Shown in pieces: positions 21,222-32,302 of a stretch of DNA of 64,000 nucleotides. Positions within the stretch are counted from its first letter, which is position 1. Every line of letters starts with the position of its first letter. Source of the DNA: Synechococcus sp. (lineage in GTDB: Bacteria; Cyanobacteriota; Cyanobacteriia; PCC-6307; Cyanobiaceae); contig JBJBDC010000001.1 in assembly GCA_047285535.1 (NCBI GenBank), forward strand, positions 1,024,136-1,088,135, given 5' to 3'. The notes beneath the pieces were generated by a model. It was not told the origin of the DNA, searched no databases, and was given only the letters and a program-made list of their open reading frames with translations. A program made the position numbers and the translations under genes.

Positions 21222-21389
21222 ATGACAAACGCATCGGAACAAGGAAAGGATTATTGGATCGAAGAGATTGCCTTCCTTGAGGCACGGCTCAATGGAAGTC
21301 AGGGGGAGATCGATTCTGAGGATCGATCAGCATGCGAAGAAGCGCTTAAAAAAGCCAAAGCAAACCTCTCAGCCTTGAACAGACATTAG
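21222..21389 (+). CDS. 55-aa hypothetical protein (MTNASEQGKDYWIEEIAFLEARLNGSQGEID...)
   Basis: Read manually (below track cutoff); helical hairpin pattern resembling a recalled family. Confidence 0.7.
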   Translation: MTNASEQGKDYWIEEIAFLEARLNGSQGEIDSEDRSACEEALKKAKANLSALNRH

Positions 21390-21613
21390 ACAACAAAATC
21401 ATAGGCGGCACTCAACGTCATATTAATTTCAACCTATAAGAATCACTTCGTTGAAGATCTATGCCAGCATATGTTTGAACGCCTTCTTTTTACGTCGTAG
21501 CGCCAATACTTCAAACAAAAAACACAGTCGGGACGCTGAGGGAGAGAAGGGCAATCACTTGTAAGTTTTAATCGGTCAAGGAGTGGGGCAGATGCCTCAA
21601 CGCGCCGCTTAGA

Positions 21614-21642
21614 AACTCTCAATCCAATCAGGATTGAGAGTT
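21614..21642. repeat. 12-bp inverted repeat hairpin
   Basis: AACTCTCAATCC-aatca-GGATTGAGAGTT. Confidence 0.7.
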
Positions 21643-21781
21643 CAATTCATGATCCTTTCCAACAGAGGCCCATCAATAAGGAAATAATGAAGGCCCACAA
21701 TCAGGTGTTGGCCAATCGGGTGCTAACACTTCGACAGGTCATGAGCTGCGGCATGGTTGAGACCTGAAACCCATCTGCGAA

Positions 21782-22285
21782 ATGCGTCAAGGCTTGTTGA
21801 TTGCGCTGCTCCTATCAATGTTCTTAGTGGCCACGGAGCCGGTTCTTGCCTCTGAGCTGAGGCTGAGTGAGGTGGCACTAGCGCCTTGCGATATCAAAGA
21901 TCCAGGAGCACAGCCAGTACAAGCGCTTGGGAACACTCGCAACAACATCACAAGCCCAGAGGGAGCCAGTTGCTACGTGCTGAGCGGTACCGTCGAAAAT
22001 CCCAGCAAACGAGCTGTCGTCGATACAGATGTCTATGCACGCATCCTTGATCGCAGTGGTGAGCCGGTTCTGCAAAACCGCACACGCGTTGGATCAATCG
22101 GCGATGTGGACCCAGGGTCGCACCCATTCGCCCTTCGACTGGCTGTACCAAACGGCACTCCAGGTCCATTCGAAGTCAAGAATCCCCGAGCACGAGGATT
22201 CAAAGCGCCCGTTCGGAGTCGCGCCAGTGGCAACGAGGAATTGCTACCACTTGAACAAAAAGTAGTAACGACGACCAAGGATTGA
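21782..22285 (+). CDS. Exported hypothetical protein
   Basis: Signal peptide; Cys pair; CY.LSG.VEN...DTDVYARI.D..GEPV..NRTRVGSIGDV. Confidence 0.8.
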   Translation: MRQGLLIALLLSMFLVATEPVLASELRLSEVALAPCDIKDPGAQPVQALGNTRNNITSPEGASCYVLSGTVENPSKRAVVDTDVYARILDRSGEPVLQNRTRVGSIGDVDPGSHPFALRLAVPNGTPGPFEVKNPRARGFKAPVRSRASGNEELLPLEQKVVTTTKD

Positions 22286-22287
22286 GC

Positions 22288-22464
22288 ATGAATTCCCCAA
22301 TCAGATCTGGACTCACACTTCTTGGCTTACTCGTCATAATGATGATCATTATCCTCAACCCCAGAACAGTTAATCAAGAATCTCCACTTCGCTCAATCAG
22401 AGATAATCGAATGATGCCTCGCAACAGCATGCGCAGGCTAAGAGAAGATCGCATTCGAGATTAA
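22288..22464 (+). CDS. Small membrane-anchored protein
   Basis: TM helix then Arg-rich tail; abuts the upstream gene. Confidence 0.5.
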   Translation: MNSPIRSGLTLLGLLVIMMIIILNPRTVNQESPLRSIRDNRMMPRNSMRRLREDRIRD

Positions 22465-22575
22465 TCAACACACGTCTCGATTCGCTACCCCACTAAACAA
22501 ATAATAGTCAAGGCTAAAATTCAGCAAATTCGACTGATAATATTTCAACCGCAGTTAGAAAATCGAGTTGTATTT

Positions 22576-23235
22576 TCAATTGATATCAAACAACGATCCC
22601 TGAACAGCCGACAAGAATGGTTTGCCTCCCTTCGATTGGCAGGTCTCCACGATCCAACCTTGAGGATCCCAACCAGTCAGCAGCGGTTCTAAGGCCCTAA
22701 GTTCATTGCCATCCGCAACGTCTAACCACGCTTCCTCAAGACCGTCAGGAATCAGCACCGGCATCCGTTCATGCAGAGGTTGGATTAATTTATTCGCTGC
22801 CGTGGTGAGAATCGTGCAGGTATCCAGCTCACTTCCATCAGCTCCAAGCCAACGCTCCCACAAACCAGCGAGCCAAAACGGACGTCGATCAAAACGGCGT
22901 ACAAATTGATTTTTCTCGAAAAATCCAGTTGCCGGAATGAGACATCTACGGTGACGCCAGGCAGATCTGAAACTTGCTTTCTCTGACACCGTCTCCGAGC
23001 GAGCATTGATTGGTCTTGGCCCCACGGAGGGATCTTTCGACCAGGAGGGAATCAAACCCCAGAGCATCAGCGCAGCTTCGGTCTTTCTCTCATCCTGACG
23101 CAATCCCAACACGGGTTCAGAAGGGAGAATCAGATCCCGCGGCGCGTAGCGCAATAGATGCACATCAGACATCTGCTCCCGAATGGACTCCGGCAGCGCA
23201 GCGGCATCGGTGGTGAGTGCAAAACGACCACACAT
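22576..23235 (-). CDS. SOS response-associated peptidase (SRAP/YedK/HMCES)
   Basis: MCGRF N-terminus (Cys2), WGLIPSW, INARSET, RRCLIPA.GFFE, HERMP. Confidence 0.93.
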   Translation of the reverse strand: MCGRFALTTDAAALPESIREQMSDVHLLRYAPRDLILPSEPVLGLRQDERKTEAALMLWGLIPSWSKDPSVGPRPINARSETVSEKASFRSAWRHRRCLIPATGFFEKNQFVRRFDRRPFWLAGLWERWLGADGSELDTCTILTTAANKLIQPLHERMPVLIPDGLEEAWLDVADGNELRALEPLLTGWDPQGWIVETCQSKGGKPFLSAVQGSLFDIN

Positions 23236-23401
23236 AGCCTCCATCATCAAGCGCTGCAGTCACGGAAGAAGGATCAGGCTCGCCAGAATTATCAGATCTT
23301 TAGTGATGAAATCGATGCTTCCTCCCAACCCATTCTGTTTAATCAGCGCAGGCAAAGTTGCTGGCCTTAAAGCCACCGTCATGATCCTGCTGATCATGCT
23401 G

Positions 23402-23551
23402 ATGAAATCCAAGCTTCTTCGAGTGAAGATGTCACTACTTGGCTCACTGATTGGCTTCACCCTGTTAGTTGGCTTTTTGCTCACCACTGGAATTCTGACG
23501 CTCGTCGCAGGTGGAGCAATCGTCTTCGCTGCTAAGAAGCAGAACAGTTAA
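23402..23551 (+). CDS. Small membrane protein
   Basis: 49 aa with long hydrophobic segment; start uncertain (23381/23396/23402). Confidence 0.5.
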   Translation: MKSKLLRVKMSLLGSLIGFTLLVGFLLTTGILTLVAGGAIVFAAKKQNS

Positions 23552-23589
23552 CTTGCCTAGACCTGATCTGAAGTCCCTAAAAACGGCCA

Positions 23590-24468
23590 TCAACCCAGTT
23601 CCAAACAGGCAAGAGCAAACACATCGTCTAAAGATACTTTGGGTAAATGACCTCTATACATTCTGACTGTTTCCGACTCAACCACAAAACCCAATGCAGA
23701 CATCAGATCACTCGCGGAGGCATTCAATCCAGGAGTATCAATCAACAACACACCTGAATGAAGGTGCTGCAGCCGGCCAATGAGGTAAGAAGCCAAAGCG
23801 GTGGAATCTGCAAGAAGCGGACCAATGCGCCAACCTTGGCCTGTCTTCAACAAGCATGGACGAATCCTGCCGAAGCCATGACAGATTCCTCGTTCATCAA
23901 CAAGCGCGAGCACCTGACCTGATGGGTGACCAAGCCAATCGGCAAGGAAATGGGGCCTCGGACTGAGTTCTCGCTGAGCGTCATAAACCTGCACAGCTGC
24001 TGTAGGGACATCACTCCCCCCAACCACGCGCAATCCTTTGGGAAGTTCGCGTGCGGCGGCAATGCAATCACCCTTTGACCAACGCCAACGTGTAGTTAAT
24101 GAAGATGATTCAAAGCCCCATGATGCGTAATCAACAATTCGCGAGGGTGCCGCCTCTAAACCGATACAAGTAAGATCGGATAGATGCCTCAGAGCATGTT
24201 TCCAAAGCTCTCGTCCGTATCCATGACCTCGATGCTGAGGAACGACGAGATATAAACCGATAAATCCGTAGTCCAGGTTGTAACGAACCCCTGCAATGCA
24301 TCCCACAGGCTCTTGATCAAGCCAGGCAATCCATAACCCTTGGCGATCAGTATGGCGATATATCTCGAAGTCACCAAACCCCGGAGCGAATCCCTCTCTT
24401 CGAGACCACTCCATCACAACTGGAATTTGTTCCAACTCCAATTCGCGTATTCGCAAAACCCCCATCAA
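23590..24468 (-). CDS. GNAT family N-acetyltransferase (tandem domain)
   Basis: FIGLYLV.PQHRGHGYG acetyl-CoA motif; WRIGPL.AD; LELG C-terminus. Confidence 0.9.
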   Translation of the reverse strand: MMGVLRIRELELEQIPVVMEWSRREGFAPGFGDFEIYRHTDRQGLWIAWLDQEPVGCIAGVRYNLDYGFIGLYLVVPQHRGHGYGRELWKHALRHLSDLTCIGLEAAPSRIVDYASWGFESSSLTTRWRWSKGDCIAAARELPKGLRVVGGSDVPTAAVQVYDAQRELSPRPHFLADWLGHPSGQVLALVDERGICHGFGRIRPCLLKTGQGWRIGPLLADSTALASYLIGRLQHLHSGVLLIDTPGLNASASDLMSALGFVVESETVRMYRGHLPKVSLDDVFALACLELG

Positions 24469-24911
24469 ACCTGCTCATTGAACTCACCTGAACAATTTTG
24501 AAGAGAAATACTCCGATGAACTCAAAATTCATCTCTGAGCATTCTCGGGAAATCCTCTTGAGACTCATGGGAGCTGAGAGGCTGAGATTTTTTGAACAGC
24601 AGAATTTGTCAAAAATCAATAAACAGGTCAAAAGTCTTCAGGAAATGCGAAAGTGATGGTACGATCAAAAGGTTTATTGTTTGATAATTCATCGAATTGC
24701 GCAATAATTTAGTCTAAATCAAGCAAACTACACCTTGATCGGGACACAACCTTGCGCGAAATGAATATTTTCCAATCACTGATCCGACATACAGAAAGAC
24801 GTACAGCAATACCGAAATCACAGTTATTATCATTTGAATACCATGAATAATGCTTGGGATTAAATAATTTCAATCAGGATTTACACTACCATGATATTCA
24901 AACCCTATTGA

Positions 24912-25403
24912 TCAAGCAACTCCTTCGGAGCCAACAGCATCGCTTGAGACTCCTTGATTCAACTCAAGATCAGGGTTCAGTCGTCGAACAATCAATTCAT
25001 CGACTGAAAAAAGGCCAGGACCCATTGCCAAAACAGCCAACCCAGATGCAAAATAGAGACCTAACAACTCCAACAGATAAATATTAAATCCAGCCGTGAT
25101 GATTGCATGATATATGGCTACTGAAATTGTTCCCACAATCGCTAGTGCGCCAATACGAGTCAAAAACCCTGTAATAAGCAACCAGCTTCCAATCACCTCT
25201 GAAAAAGCCGCAAGGTAAGAAAGCAAAACTGGAAAGGGGAGATGAAGAGGACGCACAAAAGCATCTGCAAAATTATTAATGTTTGCAAGCTTCTCGTAGC
25301 CGTGATGCATTAAGAGCGTTCCTGTGAAAACTCGAAGAATCAAAATTCCAAAATTTGCGGCGAAAGGCTTTGTGGCAAGAGCTCTGAGCACAAGAATCAA
25401 CAT
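24912..25403 (-). CDS. DoxX family membrane protein
   Basis: LRVFTG.L..HHGYEKL; E..G..L..G..TR; GPG.FSVD. Confidence 0.9.
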   Translation of the reverse strand: MLILVLRALATKPFAANFGILILRVFTGTLLMHHGYEKLANINNFADAFVRPLHLPFPVLLSYLAAFSEVIGSWLLITGFLTRIGALAIVGTISVAIYHAIITAGFNIYLLELLGLYFASGLAVLAMGPGLFSVDELIVRRLNPDLELNQGVSSDAVGSEGVA

Positions 25404-25680
25404 TTCTCAATAAACCTTAATCCAAATAGCCTTCAGTCGTGGAAATGGCCGCTCAATGACCCTGCTCTAGGACTAAATACCTAAGGGAAAGCTGTAAAAT
25501 CGGTTTATTTTTTGGCTTATTTATTTATTTTGCGCAGCCAAACACTCAAGCAATGCAACTTTTTTATAACTTTCGACCAGAAATTTAAGGATTTAACTCT
25601 TAACAAGGAAGTCAAATAATAAATCCGAAGGAAATTCCAATATTTTCCAAACAACTTTAAAAATTGATCACCTTTCCGAC

Positions 25681-26100
25681 TCAGTCCACAAAACGCTTAT
25701 ACAACCAACGAACAAATCCTCCCAAAACAGGAACAGGACCAAAAGTGGGAGCTACAAAATCAAAATAATCTCGATGATCAACAACTTTTCCACCGCTATT
25801 CATTCTCAAACGTGTAGTGCCTGGATAAATAAACTCAATACCTCTAATTTGGAGACCCATCTCCCATTCCACAAAAGCAACCTCGCCATCAATCGCTATT
25901 GCGCCAGGAATAAGGTAAACGTCATCGCAGCGTTTCATCAAGCCATCCTGAGCGTCAATAAAGGCCTGAATGCCTTGCCGATCTTGGGTTGGATCTTGAA
26001 AACGAACGTTTATGTCATAGAGCTCTCTCCACTGAGTTTCCGTCGGTGCTTGCTGGCCGTAAGACTTGGTGAATAAAGCCTTTAATTGTTCATGATCCAA
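25681..26100 (-). CDS. SnoaL/NTF2-like protein
   Basis: Y...V.FQDP and HRDYFD motifs. Confidence 0.85.
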   Translation of the reverse strand: MDHEQLKALFTKSYGQQAPTETQWRELYDINVRFQDPTQDRQGIQAFIDAQDGLMKRCDDVYLIPGAIAIDGEVAFVEWEMGLQIRGIEFIYPGTTRLRMNSGGKVVDHRDYFDFVAPTFGPVPVLGGFVRWLYKRFVD

Positions 26101-26183
26101 AGGTTCAGCCTCAAGGGTGACCTAAGCCTATGCATTGAAACACAATCTCTGCGTAGGCTGATCAAAGCGTAGGTTGAACACTC

Positions 26184-26402
26184 GTGCCACGTCCAACGTT
26201 CCAGTACGAACCCTTAGAAAGTTTCGGGGAAGGTCTAACCACTCAGCGTCCCTGGAACCAAGGATCTCTTCTGTTCGTAGAACGGATGAACGGACGAACT
26301 GCCATGGTGGGATTTGCTGCTTCGATCATTGGCGAATTGATCAGCGGACATGGACCAGCAGGTCAAATAGCTGATGTAGTTCGCTGGTATTTGTCCCTCT
26401 GA
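26184..26402 (+). CDS. hli: High-light inducible protein (Hlip)
   Basis: ERMNGRTAMVGF chlorophyll-binding motif; ELISG.G. Confidence 0.9.
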   Translation: MPRPTFQYEPLESFGEGLTTQRPWNQGSLLFVERMNGRTAMVGFAASIIGELISGHGPAGQIADVVRWYLSL

Positions 26403-26804
26403 TTGAAATTCAACAAGGATTCATCGTTTTCCTAGCTCAACTTAAGGCTTCCAAGGATCAGAAAAAAGGATCTCAACATTGCATCTACACCATAGTCGCA
26501 TAAGATTAAAAGCAAGACTAAAAATATATTGAGTCAAATTTTTGATGCGAAATTCGTAATTTCAATCGATCCAAGCAGATATGCAAATCAACTTAACTTG
26601 AGCAATGATAACTCAAACATCAAGCCATCTCAGGGCAAAGAAAATCCTTAAAAACGAACACTTGTTCATTTCCTACTCCAGAACAAACAAAGCAAATCAG
26701 GTCCAACTTCTAAGCTGGTTTCACCACCCATAAAAACAGAATAGGTAGTCCATAAAACAGAAGGCTTGCCAGCCCGCCCAATCACGATCACCGACAACAA
26801 ACAT

Positions 26805-28064
26805 CTAAGTCATCAAAAACGGCCTGGGATCCTGATCGAAACGATGATCAAACGGCAAAGGGGCAGGCTGAGCCTCACCATCTAGAGCTGCCGTTGTCTC
26901 AAGAGCCTTCCGCAACAAACGCGCACTAAGCAAAGGCATATCTCTCGGGACCGAAATTCGATCTCTTAAATAACGCAAACCAGATGCCGAGTCTGGGTTT
27001 GGTTGGCAGACCTCACCAGTGATCATGTAAGTCAGCGCTGCCCTCAGCGGCTGATCAAATTCAGGACCAATAGGATTCCGTGCCATCACGGCAGAGCGAT
27101 GACGCAGCACCCTCTCTAACGCCCTGGATTGAGGCATCACCCCCTCATCACCCATCTGAGCCGACCAACAACTCTCAAGTTCACCGAGACCGATGCCCTG
27201 ATCCACCGCACGAGCCATGTCCTGCTGTTCGGGGCTGCCATTGCTCCAGCACCCCCCCATTTGGGGAGGCAAGTCATGGGCATGAGTGTGGAAGTCACTC
27301 TGGGTGCCGCGATACGTATCCAGCTGCTCAAGAGCTTTTAACCATTGGTTAATTGCTGGATGCTTTTGACGCAACGCAAACCCCTTGAAGTAAGCCAGTG
27401 AGGCATTCATCCGCTCCACGTAAGGAATAAACACCAGGTCGGCCGTACCTGGTTGCGCAGCGCATGGATCCTCCGGGTCAAGCCAATGGCCACCTCCAAC
27501 CAAAAGGGCAGCTTCCATCTCACGAGCCACTTTTTGGAATTGATCGCGTGCCTGATCCTCCTGACGCCTAGTCATTCTGGGAGTACATAACCACAGGCAC
27601 CAAGAACGAAATAACAAGCGCTCAAGATCGCGTAAACGGCGCACACGAAGGTCATGCATGCCAACGCCCACTGAGCCAAAGGCATGTTCCAAAGCTTCAA
27701 GGATGCGATCACTTTCAGTGAGCAGTCGTCCATCAAGCTCAAGGGCCGGAAGCATTCCTGATGGAACCTTGGTCGTAAACCAGGGCTCCTTCGGCCCGTA
27801 GCAGCGCATCGTGACTTTTCTGATCCGATAAGGAACTCGGCGAAACTCCAACCACAGCCAGACCTTCTGGCAGTAGGGGCACCAAGCGTGGTGATCACGG
27901 AACAACGTCACCCGCACCTGAGACTCGGACTGGCCAAACAAACGCAACGTGGCTTGTGCATTGGCTGAGCCTTCAAAACGCTCAGCAGCATTTGGAGCCA
28001 GGTCTTCAAGCTCGTTCCAGCTAAGGGCCAAGGATTCAGCGAGCAGATCGGCCATAGCCCCCAT
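26805..28064 (-). CDS. Glutathione S-transferase family protein
   Basis: HAWCPYCQKVW, VPSGMLPALELDG...ES. Confidence 0.9.
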   Translation of the reverse strand: MGAMADLLAESLALSWNELEDLAPNAAERFEGSANAQATLRLFGQSESQVRVTLFRDHHAWCPYCQKVWLWLEFRRVPYRIRKVTMRCYGPKEPWFTTKVPSGMLPALELDGRLLTESDRILEALEHAFGSVGVGMHDLRVRRLRDLERLLFRSWCLWLCTPRMTRRQEDQARDQFQKVAREMEAALLVGGGHWLDPEDPCAAQPGTADLVFIPYVERMNASLAYFKGFALRQKHPAINQWLKALEQLDTYRGTQSDFHTHAHDLPPQMGGCWSNGSPEQQDMARAVDQGIGLGELESCWSAQMGDEGVMPQSRALERVLRHRSAVMARNPIGPEFDQPLRAALTYMITGEVCQPNPDSASGLRYLRDRISVPRDMPLLSARLLRKALETTAALDGEAQPAPLPFDHRFDQDPRPFLMT

Positions 28065-28090
28065 TCAGATCTACTCATGATCGAGGATCA

Positions 28091-28351
28091 CTACTCCTTC
28101 AAAGAGGTCCCAAGGGCGTATTCCCTAACCTCCTCAGTGGAGTGGAGCATCGGCTGGCCACCCTTGAGGAACCAGACTTCAAGGCGCGCATCATCAGGAG
28201 CCTCGAAAACGTAGAACTCAAAAGGCATCACAACTTTTTCGCAAAAAAAGTGCCTTTCGCCAATGCATTTAACAATGACCATTTTCGATGAATTATTCTG
28301 ATAGCAATATTCACCCATTAAAGAAATTAACTCACTATCAATAAACATCAC
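28091..28351 (-). CDS. DUF1830 family protein
   Basis: Y.N.SS.MVIVKC.G...F..EKVV.P.E...FEAP..A.LEVW. Confidence 0.8.
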   Translation of the reverse strand: MMFIDSELISLMGEYCYQNNSSKMVIVKCIGERHFFCEKVVMPFEFYVFEAPDDARLEVWFLKGGQPMLHSTEEVREYALGTSLKE

Positions 28352-28455
28352 CTAAAAGAATTAAAAAAATTGTCTAACTCAACACCAAAACAGGAAGATC
28401 TTTAGGATTTTGATCGATTTCCAATACGACGATTTCCTTACTGCGATCCGTTCTG

Positions 28456-28929
28456 ATGAACTTCGACGTTCTCAAATCAAGGGAGCAAGCTGTCCGTCGC
28501 CAAGGCACGGGCTTAAACGGCAGTGATCTATTGGGTTGTTGGACATTGCAAACGGTTTGGTCCAAGGGCAATCAAAAAGCCAATGCATTCAGCGGATGGA
28601 TGCTGCGAAACCTGAATGCCCGCCTAGAGATCAGAGAGGGTTCACAAGTAGGGGGCCGAAATTTACGTCTTTGTAACGCTATAAATTTGGGACCCATTGA
28701 ACTCAAATTTGAAGGCCCAGGTTCGTTGCAGGGAAAGCGCCCGTTGCTGGTCTTTCACTTTGAATCGCTGTCGGTCAGCATCGCTGGAGTTGGCTTAATC
28801 ACGAAAGAACTGCCAACTCCACCACCTCAACGCGCACCTTTTTTTGCTCTGATCGAACGCAACACTGATGGGTGGTTGGCAGCCCGTGGACGGGGCGGCG
28901 GACTCGCCCTATGGAGACTCAAGGATTGA
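28456..28929 (+). CDS. Conserved hypothetical protein (PAP-fibrillin-like)
   Basis: L.G.W.L..VW; PFFALI; W.AARGRGGGLALW. Confidence 0.75.
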   Translation: MNFDVLKSREQAVRRQGTGLNGSDLLGCWTLQTVWSKGNQKANAFSGWMLRNLNARLEIREGSQVGGRNLRLCNAINLGPIELKFEGPGSLQGKRPLLVFHFESLSVSIAGVGLITKELPTPPPQRAPFFALIERNTDGWLAARGRGGGLALWRLKD

Positions 28930-29487
28930 GCCTTTGTTCTTGCCCATGAGTGGCTGATGTCCATCAACGTCTTCGATGGGGATGAGGCTTTAGGTCAAGC
29001 TTCTCCACTTGAGGCAAGGAGATCCGAAGCAGGAGTCAATGCTCTGGAATGACTGACTGTTCTGACACCTCCTCAGGCCAGGACCCTTGAGCTTCAAAAG
29101 GATGTCCTGGAAAGGGCCAAGCCCAAACCGATCGTCCAGCCGGCGAAAGTCGATTCCAATGGTGATCTAAAGCCACAGTTTCCACTGGCGTCGTGATCAG
29201 TTTGGCCGAACCGCGAAGCCGAAACTGTTCATGAGACTTACGCAACAACCAACACAACTCAACCGGCGGGGCTATCTCGAGCTCCATGCACTTGTGGCTA
29301 CGAGCATGTGTGAGCAGATCCAACACATCAGCGGAGCTCCAATCCCGAAAAACAAGCGTGCGCACTCTCGGGCTGCCATCCATCGCCAGACTGGCCATCA
29401 GCAACAAACATCCGGGGCCCGGCCCTCCCTTTGTCGTGCCACCTAGAGCATGGGTCTCCAAGTAGGGAGTGGCTCAGCAGCATGCAT
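28919..29487 (-). pseudogene. PPOX-class FMN-binding protein pseudogene
   Basis: LP.WRP.L, P.VRTLVFR, ELCWL...EQFRLRG, L.L.PHPH.R, terminal QRLNP; broken by an early TAG, a frameshift near 29410 and two TGAs (29036-29038 and ~28965). Confidence 0.85.
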
Positions 29488-29494
29488 TTCAGGT

Positions 29495-30190
29495 TCAATC
29501 TTCACTCTTCAGCCAAGGCTCCAGAAAAGCAAGCGGCTGATTCATCGTCTCCGAGAAGCCCAAGATGCCTTGATCACGATGGACATAGAGAACTGAGTCA
29601 TGCGCATCCAAAAGAAATGTGCCTCCCCGCTGAGTGATGTATGCGTTGCTGGGGACGTAGAGCCTCCAATTCGTCAGAACTTCTTTCATATTGCGAAGAC
29701 GAACCGTGGCCAATTCAAACGGTCGTTGGAAACCACTTCCTCCAGCCAAGCGAAATAGAAATGAATTATCGAAACGTGCTGGAGCACTGCGATCCCCCGT
29801 ATATCCCCTCAGCACCTCAGCAAGGGTGCCGGGTGAGCCGATCCCAGCACACATCAACAAAAGTGAAGGCCAGGGGCCGCCGACCACCTGAAGACCAGGT
29901 GATAGATCAACACTGCGGTGCAAATCCGCATTGGGAACGACTCGAAGTTGAGCCCTGGGGAAGCCTGTGAACCAGCAAAAGCGATCAGCACCTTCCTCAT
30001 TACCGATTGCAATGCCGAAGGGTTGGATGCCTGCTTGCTCCAAACGAGACAGTTCTGGCACGAGGACTTGGGCATATTCCATCGAATCAAAATCGCCCAG
30101 CTGTGTTAAGAGCAAAATCAACCGCTTGACGCCCCGCTCAGGTTCCTGGTTTTCACCAATAAAGTTCAAAAGTTCTGCAGGTGCTCTCAT
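29495..30190 (-). CDS. AhpC/TSA-2 peroxiredoxin-like protein
   Basis: QLGDFDS.EYAQ, MCAGIGSPGTL.EVLRGY, RPFELATVRL.NM, TQRGGTF. Confidence 0.85.
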   Translation of the reverse strand: MRAPAELLNFIGENQEPERGVKRLILLLTQLGDFDSMEYAQVLVPELSRLEQAGIQPFGIAIGNEEGADRFCWFTGFPRAQLRVVPNADLHRSVDLSPGLQVVGGPWPSLLLMCAGIGSPGTLAEVLRGYTGDRSAPARFDNSFLFRLAGGSGFQRPFELATVRLRNMKEVLTNWRLYVPSNAYITQRGGTFLLDAHDSVLYVHRDQGILGFSETMNQPLAFLEPWLKSED

Positions 30191-30945
30191 GGCCTCATGG
30201 ACAAGTTAGTTGACAAAAGATGCGTCATAAAAGCCAACATTCTCACCTGAGTCCGCACCCGTTGACCTCAGATCAACATCCAAGCGATCAACATCAACGC
30301 TCCCAGCATTAGCTTCCTGATTACGTCCATACTGGGCAAAAGCATGATAGTGGGAACGACCGACAGCGCCTCGAACCCCTTTGCTTGTTTGAGATGAAAC
30401 TGCGTCCCTGTTTTGGGGACCAAGGTGAAACAATCCTGAGGGAAGTTTTCTGATTCCCGAGAGTAGGAACCGAATCCTGACTGGCGAAACAATCGAACTT
30501 AATCCCAATCAGCTCACTGATGCACAGCTCACTCCGCCTAGATGGAGACAAAACACACAGTTTGTTCAGCAGGGGCATTGCACCAACTACCGCAGCGGGG
30601 TTGTTTTGCCTCCAACCCAGCCATGCACTCTCTCTCAGGAAAGGAATGGCCTCTCAGATCAAGGGATAGGCCGTTTGAACAGCCCATTGTGCTTTAAGGA
30701 AACTCGCCACCTTGGATTCCGAGCACTGCAACGTTGCTGCACTTGAGCGGTAGGCCAGAAAAAGTTGAATTCGCACTTGTTGTGCTTGATCAGAACCAGT
30801 GGGATGAGCCATCAATGAAACTCAGAGCGTTTCAAGGCTGATTTCAGCGCTTTCTGCTGGTTACAGACACACACCACCTCAGCTCAAGCCGAGAGAAGGC
30901 AAGGCCACAAGTTCTTGTAGTTCAGTCCTGATGGTTCGACGATCA

Positions 30946-31236
30946 TCACTCCAAGCCGCCAAAATCCAAAAGCATCAAACGGATCGCTTCCTCAAGCTCT
31001 AACTCCTCAAGCCTCCATTGCTTGCAGGCTGTATTAGGAATGTCAATTCGTTTATAGATATGACCGTCAGCAACAAGGTATTGACTGGGTTTAACCATCT
31101 TTTCATTTGTAGTGGTCACGATCAACGAGAGAACTCCATCGCCCTCATCAATTTGGTGAGCCCCAGCCGTAAGTATCAAGTGTTTGTCTTGGGGAGCACA
31201 TCAAAGGACGATGATCTCATGATTGCTGCTGAACAC
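30946..31236 (-). pseudogene. Hypothetical protein interrupted by one in-frame TGA
   Basis: VFSSNHEIIVL*CAPQDKHLILTAG... reads as one frame with TGA at 31201-31203. Confidence 0.4.
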
Positions 31237-31310
31237 CAAAGTCGCGCCAATCAAACCAAAATCAAGACCAATGGGAAGATGCTCTAGGTTTCAATGTTCG
31301 AAAATTTGAT

Positions 31311-31661
31311 ATGAAATCTCAACACCTTTCCCTGATTTCATTGCTTCTGACGTTAGGAATGGCACACTCAGTCCATGCCAGCTGCGACAGCTTTTCAACG
31401 AAACTCAAGAATATCAACGCTGAAGAGAAAGAAGCATGGAAACAAGTTCGACGCCTGCACGTAGAAGAGCGATGCGGCTCTGAGAGCCAATCATGGTTAG
31501 GAGGAGCTGCAGGCTCTCGACGATTTGCGTATTTGAATTGCAAGCTTAGTGCTCGAAACAGTGACGCTTTCAAGAAAAAGTGGGCACCCTATGCGTCTGC
31601 ATGGCAGGCAAAAAAAGAGAAGCTAAAGCTTGAAGGGATCGCATTCGGCTGTGCCGAATAA
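31311..31661 (+). CDS. Secreted helical protein with four Cys
   Basis: Signal peptide ending VHA; nested Cys pattern. Confidence 0.7.
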   Translation: MKSQHLSLISLLLTLGMAHSVHASCDSFSTKLKNINAEEKEAWKQVRRLHVEERCGSESQSWLGGAAGSRRFAYLNCKLSARNSDAFKKKWAPYASAWQAKKEKLKLEGIAFGCAE

Positions 31662-32199
31662 ATGAATGAAAAGCCGATGCTGCACTAAGAGTGCTCACGA
31701 ATCAACTCACGCCAACCAAACACTTGATTGCTCAGTCATCAGATCCAATAGCAATCAGGAGCACAAAGACTCAATTGCATCAAAAGCAACAACAGAGTTG
31801 ATTGCACTGAAAAAAGCAAAGCAAATTCATTAGCAGAAATCCACCTAACAAACCACACAGCAATCAAAATGAATTTTATCGCTCAGGAAGAGCAGATTCA
31901 GTTGCTACGCAGACAAATAGCCCATGCAAGGAGACAGCTTGACCTATGACAATCAAACGCATTTCAAAACCATCTCGATCACTGCTATGCACGGATTAAT
32001 TCCTGCTACTCACCACACGCAAAACCCTCGAAAAAGCAGTGAATTCAAAACGGACACCCTTTGGCCAAAACAAAAATGCTCCGGAAGGGAAACCATGTCA
32101 CACGCAGAAATGGCCGCAATCCAGCCAAACAGCACGACGCCATTCCGAAAAACCTAAAAACCTCAAAACTGAGCGTTGACGCTGACGCGCAACTTGACT

Positions 32200-32213
32200 A
32201 GAACACCTGTACC
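32200..32213. promoter_or_regulatory. Cyanobacterial LexA box
   Basis: AGAACACCTGTACC (reverse GGTACAGGTGTTCT) fits RGTAC-NNN-DGTWCB; directly follows a TTGACT -35-like hexamer. Confidence 0.7.
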
Positions 32214-32302
32214 AGCAGCAGACTCATGGCTCCGAGCTCGCCTTACACCCCTTTCCAGGCTGAAGCGTGGATGCGTGCCTCTGTGATCACCCCTCGAAAA
32301 CA

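Noticed and set aside
26655..26668. CGAACACTTGTTCA SOS-box-like palindrome
   Set aside because: Lies between convergent genes and departs from the cyanobacterial GTAC core
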